NCBI GenBank assembly: GCA_041687695.1
Contig: JAWLBL010000005.1
Location: forward strand, 256,799-320,798
DNA length: 64,000 nucleotides
Direction of reading: 5' to 3'
From: Myxococcota bacterium
GTDB taxonomy: Bacteria; Myxococcota_A; UBA9042; PHBI01; JAWLBL01
The notes beneath the pieces are model-generated. The model made no database searches and was not told where the DNA came from. It saw only the letters and a list, made by a program, of their open reading frames with translations. Below, one piece after another: positions 21,084 through 30,531 of this stretch. Made by a program: the position numbers and the translations under genes. The first letter of the stretch is position 1. Each line of letters begins with the position of its first letter.

Positions 21084-23180
21084 ATGAAGTCGAGGACGAC
21101 CCGGCTGTGGTCGACGTTCGCCGTCTTGTCGCTGCTCACGGCCGGCGCCTGCGGCGATGACAATGGGGGCACGACGCCCACCACGGACGTGACCGTCGAC
21201 GCGGACGCCGACGCGGGCGAGGTCGGCGAGGACGTCACGCCCGACGTGCCCCCCGACGTGCCGGAGGACATCGCACCCGACGTGCCCGAAGACGTCACGC
21301 CGGACGTGCCCGACGTGGCCCCCGACGTCCCGGAGGACGTCCCCGAAGACGTGACGGACGTCGAAGACGACCTGCCCGACGTGCTGCCCGACGTCGACGA
21401 CGACCTGCCCGACGTCGAAGACGACCTGCCCGACGTCTCGCCGGACGTCGCGGACGACACGGCCGACGTGCCCGGCGAGGTCATCGACACCACCTGCGAG
21501 GCGGTGGACGACCCCTGCACGCCCGGCGCGACCCCGTCCGAGGACTTCGTCTGCGTGCTCGACGGCGCCGGGGGCGGGGTGTGCCGCCTCGCGTGCTCGG
21601 TCTTCGGCGAGCCGTGCCCCGGCGACGAGGAGTGCCTCACGGGCGACGCCTTCGCGGGCTTCTGCGGCCCGGCGACCTGCTCGGGCTTCCTGTCGGGCGA
21701 CTGCGGCCCGGGCGCCCACTGCATCGCCTTCGAGGACGCCGACGACGGGGTCTGCGTCCCCAGCGGCCCGGGCGCGGCGGGCGCCTTCTGCGACGAGCCT
21801 GGCGACTGTGTGGTCGGGACGCTGTGCTTTCTGGGCCAGTGTCGGACGATCGACTGCACGACGGACGGCACGACGCTGACGTGCGAGGGCGGCGCCCAGT
21901 GCCAGCCCCTGGCGTTCGGGGACGAGGCCCTCGACGTGGGCGTGTGCGTGGTCGGGTGCGTGCCGTTCGCCGAGGACGACGGCTGCCCCGACGGCTCCTG
22001 GTGCGCGCCCGACCCGCAGCAGGCCGGCCTGGGGGCGTGCGTGCCCTTCTCCGAGGACAACGCCGGCGCCGGCGAGGCCTGCGGGCCGGGCGAGTGCTGC
22101 GTCGGCAAGGTGACCCCCGGCTGCGAGGGCGACCCGGCGCTCGAGGCGTGCGTGTGCGCCCTGGACGACTACTGCTGCGACACCGAGTGGGACGACGTGT
22201 GCGCGGACCTCGCGGCCACCGCGTGCGGGGCCTGCGCCCCGACGCTCGAGGCGACCTGCGGCGCCGGACTGACCTGCGTCGGCGGGCTCTGCGCGCCCCT
22301 GTGCGACCTCACGGACGCCCAGGCGTGCCCCGCGGGCCAGGCCTGCTTCGCCGCCGCCGCGGACCAGCAGCTCCTGGCCTTCGGCGTGTGCGGCCCCGGC
22401 TGCGTGCCGTTCACGTCGGACCCGACCTGCGGCGAGGACGAGGCCTGCGTGCCCCTGGGGATCGGCGGCGGCCGGTGCGCGCCCGTCGACCCGGCCAACG
22501 CCCCGCTGGGCGAGGCGTGCGGCGACATCGACGACACGCTGTCCTGCTGTGACCCGCTCGCGCCCTGCGAGCAGCCCGAGATCGTCGCCTGCGTGTGCCC
22601 GCTCGACGACTTCTGCTGCGACGACTGGGACGACCTGTGCGCCGAGGTGGCGGTCGCCTTCTGCGGCCTCGGGTGCAGCGCGCCGGACGACACCTGCGCG
22701 GCCGAGCTGGTGTGCGACGAAGGGACGTGCGAGCAGGGCTGCGACCCCGACGCCGCGGCGGGCGAGGCCGGCGCCTGCGACGCCGCCGAGGACGTCTGCC
22801 GGCGCTTGGTCTTTCAGGCCGAGCCGCTCGAGCTGGGCGTGTGCACGGAAGCCTGTGACCTCGACGGCGCCGGCACCTGCGCGGCCGAGGGCACCTTCTG
22901 CGCGGTGGGCGAGGTCTTCGAGGCGCCCAGCGACGTGTGCCTGGACGTGCCCGAGGCGGTGGCCGGGTTCCCGCTGGATGCCGGGGACGCGTGCCCGGGG
23001 GGCGTCGACGACGGGACCTTCTGCGGTCCCGACCGGGTGTGCGTCGACGGCGACTGCCTGGTCCTGTGCTTCGCGGTCAACGGACCGCTCGACGACATCG
23101 ACCACCCCGACTGCCCCGATCCGGCCCAGGAGTGCGCCAGCGTGAGCGATCGCCTGGGGCTGTGCATCGACCTCCCGTAG
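21084..23180 (+). CDS. Cysteine-rich acidic lipoprotein, paralog of the upstream gene
   Basis: GGAGG RBS; lipobox AGAC; (E/P)DV(P/T) repeat linker; colinear Cys modules sharing CxPFTSDPTCG and HPDCxDP with 19062-20981. Confidence 0.85.
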   Translation: MKSRTTRLWSTFAVLSLLTAGACGDDNGGTTPTTDVTVDADADAGEVGEDVTPDVPPDVPEDIAPDVPEDVTPDVPDVAPDVPEDVPEDVTDVEDDLPDVLPDVDDDLPDVEDDLPDVSPDVADDTADVPGEVIDTTCEAVDDPCTPGATPSEDFVCVLDGAGGGVCRLACSVFGEPCPGDEECLTGDAFAGFCGPATCSGFLSGDCGPGAHCIAFEDADDGVCVPSGPGAAGAFCDEPGDCVVGTLCFLGQCRTIDCTTDGTTLTCEGGAQCQPLAFGDEALDVGVCVVGCVPFAEDDGCPDGSWCAPDPQQAGLGACVPFSEDNAGAGEACGPGECCVGKVTPGCEGDPALEACVCALDDYCCDTEWDDVCADLAATACGACAPTLEATCGAGLTCVGGLCAPLCDLTDAQACPAGQACFAAAADQQLLAFGVCGPGCVPFTSDPTCGEDEACVPLGIGGGRCAPVDPANAPLGEACGDIDDTLSCCDPLAPCEQPEIVACVCPLDDFCCDDWDDLCAEVAVAFCGLGCSAPDDTCAAELVCDEGTCEQGCDPDAAAGEAGACDAAEDVCRRLVFQAEPLELGVCTEACDLDGAGTCAAEGTFCAVGEVFEAPSDVCLDVPEAVAGFPLDAGDACPGGVDDGTFCGPDRVCVDGDCLVLCFAVNGPLDDIDHPDCPDPAQECASVSDRLGLCIDLP

Positions 23181-23350
23181 CCCGCCGTCGGCGGACAGGG
23201 GCGAAGCCGGTCTCCCGCGCGGGGAGGCCGGCTTCGTGCTTTCGAAGGCTGCGAAGCGCCCAGCCCCACGCGGGAGATTCCCAGCGCGCGCGCGTGTGTT
23301 ATAGACGCGCGCCTGCGTCGCCCGGACCGGCGACGCGCGGAGGGCACTCG

Positions 23351-24433
23351 ATGGCATCACCTGAGCCGACGCGGGTAGGGATCGCCGGGGTCACCGGCTA
23401 CACGGGGCTCGAGCTGGCGCGGCTGCTGGCCGGCCACCCGGGGCTAAGCGTCGTGGCGGCGTCGAGCGACGCCATGGCGGGGCAGCGGCTGAGCGCGCTG
23501 GACCCGGATCTCGCGGGGGCGTCGGACGCGGCGGTGGTGGGGCACGGCGACGCGGTCTCGGCGGCCGTCGACATGGGCGCCGAGCTGATGTTCCTGGCCA
23601 TGCCGGCCGAGGTCACGCCCGACGTGGCCACGCGCTGCCTCGAGGCCGGCCTGCGGGTGGTGGATCTATCGGGCGCGCACCGCCTGAAGGACCCGGTCGC
23701 CCACCTGATGGCCTACGGCTTCGAGCACGAGGACCCGCAGGTCAGCCTCGAGGCCGTCTACGGGCTGACCGAGCACGTGCCGCCCGAGGCGCTCGCGGCC
23801 GCGCGGCTGGTCGCCAACCCCGGCTGCTATCCGACGGCGGTCCTGCTGGCGCTGCTGCCGCTGGTCGAGGCGGGGCTGGTCGAGCCGGGCAGCCTGGTGG
23901 TCGACGCCAAGAGCGGCACGACCGGCGCCGGGCGCAGCGCCAAGGTGTCGCTGCTGCACGCCGAGATCGACGGCGACTTCTACGCCTACCGGGTCGGGCG
24001 CCACCAGCACACGCCCGAGATCTCGCAGGCCCTGGCGCTGGTGGGCGGCCGCCCGGTCGACCTGACCTTCGTCACGCACCTGCTGCCCGTCGCGCGCGGC
24101 ATCCTGGCGACCTGCTACCTGCGCGTGCCGGACGTCGACTCCGCCGAGCAGGCGGCGCGCAAGGTCGACGCCGCGCTGCGGGCGCGCTACGCCGACGCGC
24201 CGTTCGTGCGCGTGCTCGACAAGGCCGAGGACGTGCGCCTGCGGGCGGTGACCGGGACCAACCGCTGCGTCATGGCCGCGGTGCCCGACGCCTTCGGGCG
24301 CCGGGTGGTCGTCGTGTCGGCCATCGACAACCTGGTCAAGGGCGCCGCCGGGCAAGCCATCCAGAACGCGAACCTGATGCTCGGCTTCGAGCAGACCGCC
24401 GGCCTCGGCCTCGGCACCGGAGGACGCCCTTGA
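23351..24433 (+). CDS. argC: N-acetyl-gamma-glutamyl-phosphate reductase
   Basis: GVTGYTGLEL, DLSGAHRL, ANPGCYPT (catalytic Cys), SGTTGAG, HQHTPEI, IDNLVKGAAGQAIQN. Confidence 0.97.
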   Translation: MASPEPTRVGIAGVTGYTGLELARLLAGHPGLSVVAASSDAMAGQRLSALDPDLAGASDAAVVGHGDAVSAAVDMGAELMFLAMPAEVTPDVATRCLEAGLRVVDLSGAHRLKDPVAHLMAYGFEHEDPQVSLEAVYGLTEHVPPEALAAARLVANPGCYPTAVLLALLPLVEAGLVEPGSLVVDAKSGTTGAGRSAKVSLLHAEIDGDFYAYRVGRHQHTPEISQALALVGGRPVDLTFVTHLLPVARGILATCYLRVPDVDSAEQAARKVDAALRARYADAPFVRVLDKAEDVRLRAVTGTNRCVMAAVPDAFGRRVVVVSAIDNLVKGAAGQAIQNANLMLGFEQTAGLGLGTGGRP

Positions 24434-26553
24434 CGCCCGAACTCGCCCTGCCCCGCGGCTTCCGGTTCGCCGGCATCCGCTCCGGCGTCAAGCAGAACAA
24501 GCCGGACACCGCCCTCATCGTCAGCGACGTGCCCTGCGCGGCCGCGGCGAAGCTGACGACCAACCGGGCGCGCGCGTGGGCGGTCGAGCGCACGGCGACG
24601 CTGCTGCCGGCCGACGGCGTGCGGGCGGTCATCGCGGTCAGCGGCAACGCCAACGCGCTGTCGGGCGCCGCCGGGCGCGCCGCGGACGAGGCGATGGCCC
24701 GCGGGGTGGCCGAGGCGCTGGGCGTCGCGCCGAGCGCGGTCATCACCTCGTCGACCGGCGTCATCGGCTCGCCCATGCCGGCGCGGGTGGTGGTCGAGTC
24801 CATCCCGGGGGCGCTCGGGCAGCTCGAGGCCGACCCCTGGGGGGCGGCGCGGGCCATCATGACGACCGACCGGGTGCCCAAGGGCAGCTCGCGCGTGGTC
24901 TTCCTGGGCGAGACGGAGTGCCGGCTGGCCGGCATCGCCAAGGGCGCCGGGATGATCCACCCCAACATGGCGACGATGCTGGCGTACATCGTCACGGACG
25001 TCGGGCTGACGCCGGCGGCGGCGGACCACATCCTGGGGCGGACGGTGGCGCGGACCTTCAACCGCATCAGCGTCGACGGCGACCAGTCGACCAACGACAT
25101 GGTCGTGCTGATGGCCAACGGTCAGGCGGGCGGGGCGCGGCTGGACGTGGGCGACCCGGGGCTCGAGGCGGTCGAGGAGGCGCTGCGGGGCGTGCTGACG
25201 GATCTGTCGCGGGCCATCGCGGCCGACGGCGAGGGGGCGACGCGCCTGCTGACGGTCGAGGTGGTGGGCGCCAGGGACGAGGCCGAGGCGGACGGCGTGG
25301 CGCGGGCCATCTGCCGGTCGAGCCTGGTGAAGTCGGCCATCTTCGGGGCCGACCCCGGGTGGGGCCGCATCATGGCGGCGGCGGGGCAGGCGCTGGCCGA
25401 GCTGGGCTCGGACGCGCACCCCAGCACGTGGAAGCTGCGGCTGCAGGGCGTCGAGGTGTTCCGGCTGGGCGAGCCGGTGCCCTTCGAGAAGCCGGCGCTG
25501 TCGGCGCGCATCGCGGCCGAAGAGGTGGTGGTCCACCTGGATCTCGGGCGCGGGGCCGGGTTCGCGACCTGCTGGGGCTGCGATCTGACGTACGACTACG
25601 TGAAGATCAACGCCGACTACGCGGCGGCGGTGACCGAGACCCAGGCCGGCCAGGTCGGGCTCGACGCGCACCTGGCGACCTTCTCGCCCAAGATCAAGCG
25701 CAGCCTGCTCATCGAGTCCCTGCGCTACATCGAGCGCTTCCGAGGGCGGCGGCTGGTGGTCAAGGTCGGCGGGGATCTGCTCGAGGACCCCGAGACCACC
25801 GACCGCATCGCCGAAGACCTCATCCTGCTGAGGTCGGTCGGCATGCACCCCATCGTCCTGCACGGCGGCTCGCGCGAGATCTCGCGCGCCCTGGCGGCGG
25901 CGGGGCGCGAGAGCCAGTTCGTCGACGGCCACCGCGTCACCACCGCCGAGGACGCGGCCACCGTCGAGAGCGTCCTGCTGGGCAAGGTCAACCGCAAGCT
26001 GGTCGGGCGCTTGAACGCGCTGGGCGGCCGCGCCGTGGGCCTGTCGGGCCGCGACGGCAACTTCCTGCGCGCCCAGCCGCTCGACGCCGCCGACCCGCAG
26101 CGCTTCGGCCACCTGGGCCAGGTCTCCGAGGTCGACGGCCGCCTCATCACCAGCCTGCTCGAGCAGGGCTTCATCCCGGTCATCGCCCCGGTGGGCGTCG
26201 GCCCCAACGACGCGGCCTACAACCTGGACGCCGAGGACGCCGCCGCCGCGCTGGCCGTCTCCTTCGGCGTCTTCAAGCTGGTCTACCTCATCGCCAACGC
26301 GGGCGTGCAGAGCGAGGGCGAGCGCGTCAGCCGCGTCACCCCGCGCCAGGCCCAGCGCCTGATGCGCGAGGGGGCGGTCAAGGGCAAGCTGGTCCACATC
26401 CTCGAGGCGTCGCTGAACGCCGTCCAGGGCGGCGTCCCCCACGTCCACCTGGTCGACGGCCGGGTCGCCCACAACCTGGTCAGCGAGCTCTTCACCGACG
26501 CCGGCGTCGGCACCCTGGTCGAGCGCGGCGACGCCCCCCGCTCGGGCCGCTGA
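24430..26553 (+). CDS. argJ: Ornithine acetyltransferase ArgJ fused to an acetylglutamate-kinase (ArgB-like) domain
   Basis: TTG overlapping the argC stop. ArgJ motifs STGVIG, KGAGMIHPNMATML, DGEGAT, GCDLTYDYVKINADY; then an AAK fold with VVKVGG, LHGG, GLSGRDG, IPVIAP, ELFTDAGVGT. Confidence 0.93.
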   Translation: MTPELALPRGFRFAGIRSGVKQNKPDTALIVSDVPCAAAAKLTTNRARAWAVERTATLLPADGVRAVIAVSGNANALSGAAGRAADEAMARGVAEALGVAPSAVITSSTGVIGSPMPARVVVESIPGALGQLEADPWGAARAIMTTDRVPKGSSRVVFLGETECRLAGIAKGAGMIHPNMATMLAYIVTDVGLTPAAADHILGRTVARTFNRISVDGDQSTNDMVVLMANGQAGGARLDVGDPGLEAVEEALRGVLTDLSRAIAADGEGATRLLTVEVVGARDEAEADGVARAICRSSLVKSAIFGADPGWGRIMAAAGQALAELGSDAHPSTWKLRLQGVEVFRLGEPVPFEKPALSARIAAEEVVVHLDLGRGAGFATCWGCDLTYDYVKINADYAAAVTETQAGQVGLDAHLATFSPKIKRSLLIESLRYIERFRGRRLVVKVGGDLLEDPETTDRIAEDLILLRSVGMHPIVLHGGSREISRALAAAGRESQFVDGHRVTTAEDAATVESVLLGKVNRKLVGRLNALGGRAVGLSGRDGNFLRAQPLDAADPQRFGHLGQVSEVDGRLITSLLEQGFIPVIAPVGVGPNDAAYNLDAEDAAAALAVSFGVFKLVYLIANAGVQSEGERVSRVTPRQAQRLMREGAVKGKLVHILEASLNAVQGGVPHVHLVDGRVAHNLVSELFTDAGVGTLVERGDAPRSGR

Positions 26554-26567
26554 CCGCCGGGGCAGGC

Positions 26568-26824
26568 CTTACAGACCGCCGGGGCAGCGCGTGCAGACCG
26601 CCCTGGCCGACGTACAGACAGGGTGGGGAGCCCTTGCAGACGCGGTCGAACGCCGTACAGACCGGTCTGCACGCCCTCGCCCCCCTGTCTGCACGCCCTT
26701 CCCCGCTGTCTGCACGCCCTCGCCCCCCTGTCTGCACGCCTTTCCCCGCTGTCTGCACGCCCTCGCCCCGCTGTCTGCACGCCCTCGCCCCCCTGTCTGC
26801 ACGCCCACGCTCGCGGTATGCACG
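26568..26824. repeat. Head-to-head inverted arrays of a 21-22 bp unit with GTCTGCAC core
   Basis: Seven GTCTGCACGCC... units from 26665, plus a degenerate eighth, preceded by five reverse-oriented T(A/G)CAGAC units at similar spacing; near-palindromic centre GTACAGACCGGTCTGCAC. Confidence 0.9.
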
Positions 26825-26830
26825 TGTGGA

Positions 26831-27061
26831 TCACGGCTTCCACTCGGACGACCAGTCGATGTGAACGAAGTCGTCCGGATCGCCGACCATGAAGTCGGGG
26901 CGCGTGACCAGGTTGTCCAACTTGGAGCGCGGCCGGTCGGGCACGATGCGCAGGATCTGTCCGTGACGTTCGATCTCGACCGGAACCCCCGTCTCCAGGA
27001 TCTGGTCCAGGATTCGGAAGATGTTGGCCCGGAGCTCGCTGGGTTTGAGCGGTGTGGTCAT
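26831..27061 (-). CDS. Phd/YefM-family type II antitoxin (76 aa), orphan
   Basis: MTTPLKPSELRANIFRILDQILETGVPVEIERHGQILRIVP fits the Phd N-terminal pattern; acidic C-terminal tail; lower GC than flanks. Confidence 0.85.
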   Translation of the reverse strand: MTTPLKPSELRANIFRILDQILETGVPVEIERHGQILRIVPDRPRSKLDNLVTRPDFMVGDPDDFVHIDWSSEWKP

Positions 27062-27179
27062 CGGAGCCTCGCCCGCATGTACGTCCCCCCACCGTAGCGA
27101 CGTACGCCGCGGACGACCAGCGCCGATGATGACCGAACCATGACGGACGGACGGCGCCGAGCTGAGGCATGATGGTGGC

Positions 27180-28013
27180 GTGAACGTCCGCGCCGTCAGC
27201 CTGCTCGCCGCCCTGCTCGCCGCCTGCGCCGCGCCGGTCAAGCCGGGGCCCGCGGCGCCGCAGCCGGTGCGTGTGCCCGATCTCGTGCGGGTCCGGGTGC
27301 TGCGTGCCACCGACGCCCCGGCCGTCGGCGCCTTCCGCGTGCGCCCGACGGTCGCGGTGGCCGCCGCGCCCTCCCTGGACCTCGACGCGCGCGCCTCCAT
27401 CGTCGCCTTCACCCGCGCCCGCGACGCCCTCGCCCAGGGCCGCCTGCCCGACCCCGACGACGTCCGCGTCGAGTCCTTCCTGTGCGCCCTGGGCCGGCCG
27501 CCCGCCCGCACCGACGCGCCGCTCCTGGTCTCCTCGCCGAGCCGCCGCGGCTACGACCTCCTGCTGCTCGCGCCCGACGAGGGCCGCCTCCGGCACACCT
27601 TCGACCCCGAGCAGGTCGAGCGCTACCGCGTGCTCGGCTACGACGGCGCCGCCTCACCGGCCCACGGCGACCAGGCGGCGGCCGACTGCAGCCCCTGGGT
27701 GCTGGTCGAGGTGAAGCGCACCGTCTTCACCCGCGCCGAAGCGCCCGCCCTGCCCCTGCCCCAGGCCCCCGCCCCCGTCCGCCTGGCCGTCGCCGCCGCC
27801 GCCTTCGCCGAGAAGCTCCGCGGCGCCTACTGGGCCCGCGCGTCCACCTACGACGGGCTGCTGGCCCAATTGGACGGCCTGTCCGGCCACAAGGCCGACA
27901 CGCTGCGCACCATGATGCGACGAGCCGCCGCCCTCGACCGCCGCCCCGACCCGTGGGAGCCGGTCGCCCCGATGGCGACCCTGTCCTTCGACGAGCTGCC
28001 GGTGCTCCCTTGA
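27180..28013 (+). CDS. Lipoprotein, miniature YfbK-like (vWF_A and DUF3520-like motifs, no VWA core)
   Basis: Lipobox LAAC; GRLPDPDDVRVESFL, FDPEQVERYRVLGYD, RLAVAAAAFAEKLRG. Confidence 0.7.
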   Translation: MNVRAVSLLAALLAACAAPVKPGPAAPQPVRVPDLVRVRVLRATDAPAVGAFRVRPTVAVAAAPSLDLDARASIVAFTRARDALAQGRLPDPDDVRVESFLCALGRPPARTDAPLLVSSPSRRGYDLLLLAPDEGRLRHTFDPEQVERYRVLGYDGAASPAHGDQAAADCSPWVLVEVKRTVFTRAEAPALPLPQAPAPVRLAVAAAAFAEKLRGAYWARASTYDGLLAQLDGLSGHKADTLRTMMRRAAALDRRPDPWEPVAPMATLSFDELPVLP

Positions 28014-29803
28014 GGTCGCGCGCCCTCCTCGCCGCGGGCGTCCTCGCCTTCGCCGCGCTCACCATGGGCCTGTGGGCCGTCCACCGCGTCTTCGCCGACA
28101 CGCGCGCCGACGCCCACGCCTCCGTCGCCGCGCGCGAGGCCGCCCTGGCCGAGATCGCCGCGCGCACGCTTCAGATGCAGGTCGCGCTTCGCCTCCGCGT
28201 CGCCCAGATCCGCGCCGAGGCCGCCCTCGAGGAGCCCCTCGACGCGCCGACCGGCCTCGCCCTCATCCGCGACGGCGCCCTCGCCTACCCACGCGTCCCC
28301 GCCCGCCCGGCCTACACCCCGTCCGCCGCCGACCTCGCCCGCGCCCTGGCCACCGACGCGCCCCGGCCGAGCGACGCCCCCGACGACCCGTGGGCCCAGC
28401 TCGCCGCCACCGTCCGCGACGCCCTCACCGCCCCCGACGGCGCCGCCCTCTCGGACGCCGTCCGCCGCCACCTCGCCGCGCGCGCCCTGCACGTCCTCGC
28501 CCCCGAGCGCGAGCTGACGGCCACCCTCGTCCTGCTCGAGCACCTCGCCCGCCGCCCCGATCTCGACCGGCGCCTCGCCCGCGCCCTGGTCCGCGACGGC
28601 CTCGAGGACGACCACGGCGCCCGCGTCGCCAGCCTGCAGCAGGCCCTGCTCGCCCAACGCGCCCGCCTCAGCGCCGAAGACTTCGACTTTCTAGCCGCCC
28701 GCGTCCACGCCATCTCCCGCGCCCTCGACCTGCCCGCCGACGACTTCGTCGCCGCCGCCGGCCCGCTCGACGTCCCGCCTCCGATAGACCGGCCCGCGAG
28801 CCCCACCCTCGACGCCGCCGGGTGGCTGGTCGGCCCCGTCGACGCGGACCTGGTCGCCGTCCGCGCCACCGCCGCGGACCTCGCCGCCCAGGTCACCGAC
28901 GAGCTCGTCGAGCGTGGCGTCCTGGGTCCGGACGACCTGGTCCTGGTCCCCGACGACGTCGGCCCGCTCTCCAGCTCACCGCTCACCGTTTCCTCGCCGA
29001 GCTTCGCCGCCGCCCGCGCCGCCGCCGACGCCCGCTACCGCCTCTCCCTCGCCTTCCTCGCCGCCTTCGCCGCCCTCGCCCTCGCCGCCGCCGCCGCCGT
29101 CGCCTGGGCCGTCCGCCGCCACCAGCGCGCCCTGACCGTCCGCGCCGACCTCCTCGCCGCCGCCGCCCACGAGCTGCGCACCCCCCTCGCCTCCATCCGC
29201 GCCCTCGCCGAGACCCTGACCCTCCGCCCTTCGGCCGCCCCCGACTACCCCGCCCGCATCCTCCGCGAGGCCGACGCCCTCATCGCCACCACCGAGAACG
29301 TCCTGGCCCACGGCCGCCTCGACGCCGCCCGCCTCACCCCCACCCGCGCCCCCCTGCGCCTCGGCCCCCTGCTCGAGGACGTCGCCGACGAGGTCGCCGC
29401 CCACGCCGCCGCCGCCCTCACCGTCACCCACTACGGCCTCGACGGCCTGACCGCCCACGCCGACCGCCCCCTGGTCCGCCTGGTCCTGCGCAACCTCCTC
29501 GCCAACGCCGCCGCCCACGCCGGCCGCGACGCGGTCCACGTCCAGGTCACCGGCGCGCGCGCCCCCGGCCGGGTCCTGCTCACCGTCCGCGACGACGGCC
29601 ACGGCGTCCCCGACGACGCCCGCGCCCACCTCTTCACCCCCTTCACCCGCGGCGCCGCCCCCTCGCGCGGCGCTGGCGTCGGCCTGGCCCTGTCGCGCAA
29701 GATCGCCCGCGCCCACGGCGGCGACCTGGCCCTGACCGCCACCGGCCCCCACGGCTCCACCTTCACCCTGACGCTCCCCTCCCTGCCGGCGCCGCCGCCA
29801 TGA
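28010..29803 (+). CDS. Membrane sensor histidine kinase
   Basis: TTG overlapping the upstream TGA; two TM segments; H-box AHELRTPLASI, N-box NLLANA, DDGHG, GAGVGL. Confidence 0.92.
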   Translation: MRSRALLAAGVLAFAALTMGLWAVHRVFADTRADAHASVAAREAALAEIAARTLQMQVALRLRVAQIRAEAALEEPLDAPTGLALIRDGALAYPRVPARPAYTPSAADLARALATDAPRPSDAPDDPWAQLAATVRDALTAPDGAALSDAVRRHLAARALHVLAPERELTATLVLLEHLARRPDLDRRLARALVRDGLEDDHGARVASLQQALLAQRARLSAEDFDFLAARVHAISRALDLPADDFVAAAGPLDVPPPIDRPASPTLDAAGWLVGPVDADLVAVRATAADLAAQVTDELVERGVLGPDDLVLVPDDVGPLSSSPLTVSSPSFAAARAAADARYRLSLAFLAAFAALALAAAAAVAWAVRRHQRALTVRADLLAAAAHELRTPLASIRALAETLTLRPSAAPDYPARILREADALIATTENVLAHGRLDAARLTPTRAPLRLGPLLEDVADEVAAHAAAALTVTHYGLDGLTAHADRPLVRLVLRNLLANAAAHAGRDAVHVQVTGARAPGRVLLTVRDDGHGVPDDARAHLFTPFTRGAAPSRGAGVGLALSRKIARAHGGDLALTATGPHGSTFTLTLPSLPAPPP

Positions 29804-30531
29804 CCGACGCCCCGTCCATCTCGCCCTCCATTCTGATCGTCGAGGACGACCCCACCCTGCGCCTCGTGCTCGCGGACAACCTGCGCGCCGAGGGCTACCG
29901 GGTCACCACCGCCGAGACCGGCCGCGCCGCCCGCGCCGCCTTCGCCGCCCCCCACGATCTGATCGTCCTCGACCTGATGCTGCCCGACGCCGACGGCTAC
30001 GCGCTCTGCCGCGAGCTGCGCGCCGCCGAGCCCCCGGGCGCGCGGCCCGCGCGCGTCCTGATGCTGACCGCCCGCGCCCTCGAGGACGATCTCCTCCGCG
30101 GCTTCGACGCCGGCGCCGACGACTACCTCGCCAAGCCCTACCGCCTGCGCGAGCTGCTCGCCCGCGTCCGCGCCCTGCTCCGCCGCGGCGCCCCCTCCCC
30201 GCTCGCCGGCCCCGCCACGCTCCGCTTCGCCGGCTTCACCCTCGATCTCGACGCCCGCACGCTGCTCGACCCGGCCGGCGCCCCCATCGCGCTCACCCGC
30301 ACCGAGCACGATCTGCTGGCCTGCTTCCTGCGCCACGAGGGCCGCGCCCTGTCCCGCGATCGCCTGCTCGACGAGGTCTGGGGCGCCGACGTCGTGGTCG
30401 ATCCGCGCACCGTCGACAACTTCGTCTCGTCGCTCAAGCGCAAGCTCGGCTGGACCGACGACGCCCCCTTCCGCTTCCAGGCCGTGCGCGGCGTCGGCTA
30501 CCGCCTCGAGGTCGATTCCACGCCGGATTGA
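29800..30531 (+). CDS. OmpR/PhoB-family response regulator
   Basis: ILIVEDD, LDLMLPDADG, GADDYLAKP, winged helix RTVDNFVSSLKRKL and VRGVGYR; ATGA overlap with the kinase. Confidence 0.95.
   Translation: MTDAPSISPSILIVEDDPTLRLVLADNLRAEGYRVTTAETGRAARAAFAAPHDLIVLDLMLPDADGYALCRELRAAEPPGARPARVLMLTARALEDDLLRGFDAGADDYLAKPYRLRELLARVRALLRRGAPSPLAGPATLRFAGFTLDLDARTLLDPAGAPIALTRTEHDLLACFLRHEGRALSRDRLLDEVWGADVVVDPRTVDNFVSSLKRKLGWTDDAPFRFQAVRGVGYRLEVDSTPD

Noticed and set aside
21230..21470. GACGT-rich nucleotide repeats
   Set aside because: They encode the acidic DVP linker of the lipoprotein and are not an independent element.
19683..23360. 1225-aa minus-strand ORF
   Set aside because: Antisense shadow of the Cys-rich lipoprotein genes.
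26665..26824. CRISPR array
   Set aside because: Units are contiguous with no unique spacers, and no cas genes are present.
28010..30531. Extreme C-richness suggesting foreign or non-coding DNA
   Set aside because: Explained by Ala/Leu/Arg/Pro codons ending in C within intact HK and RR genes.
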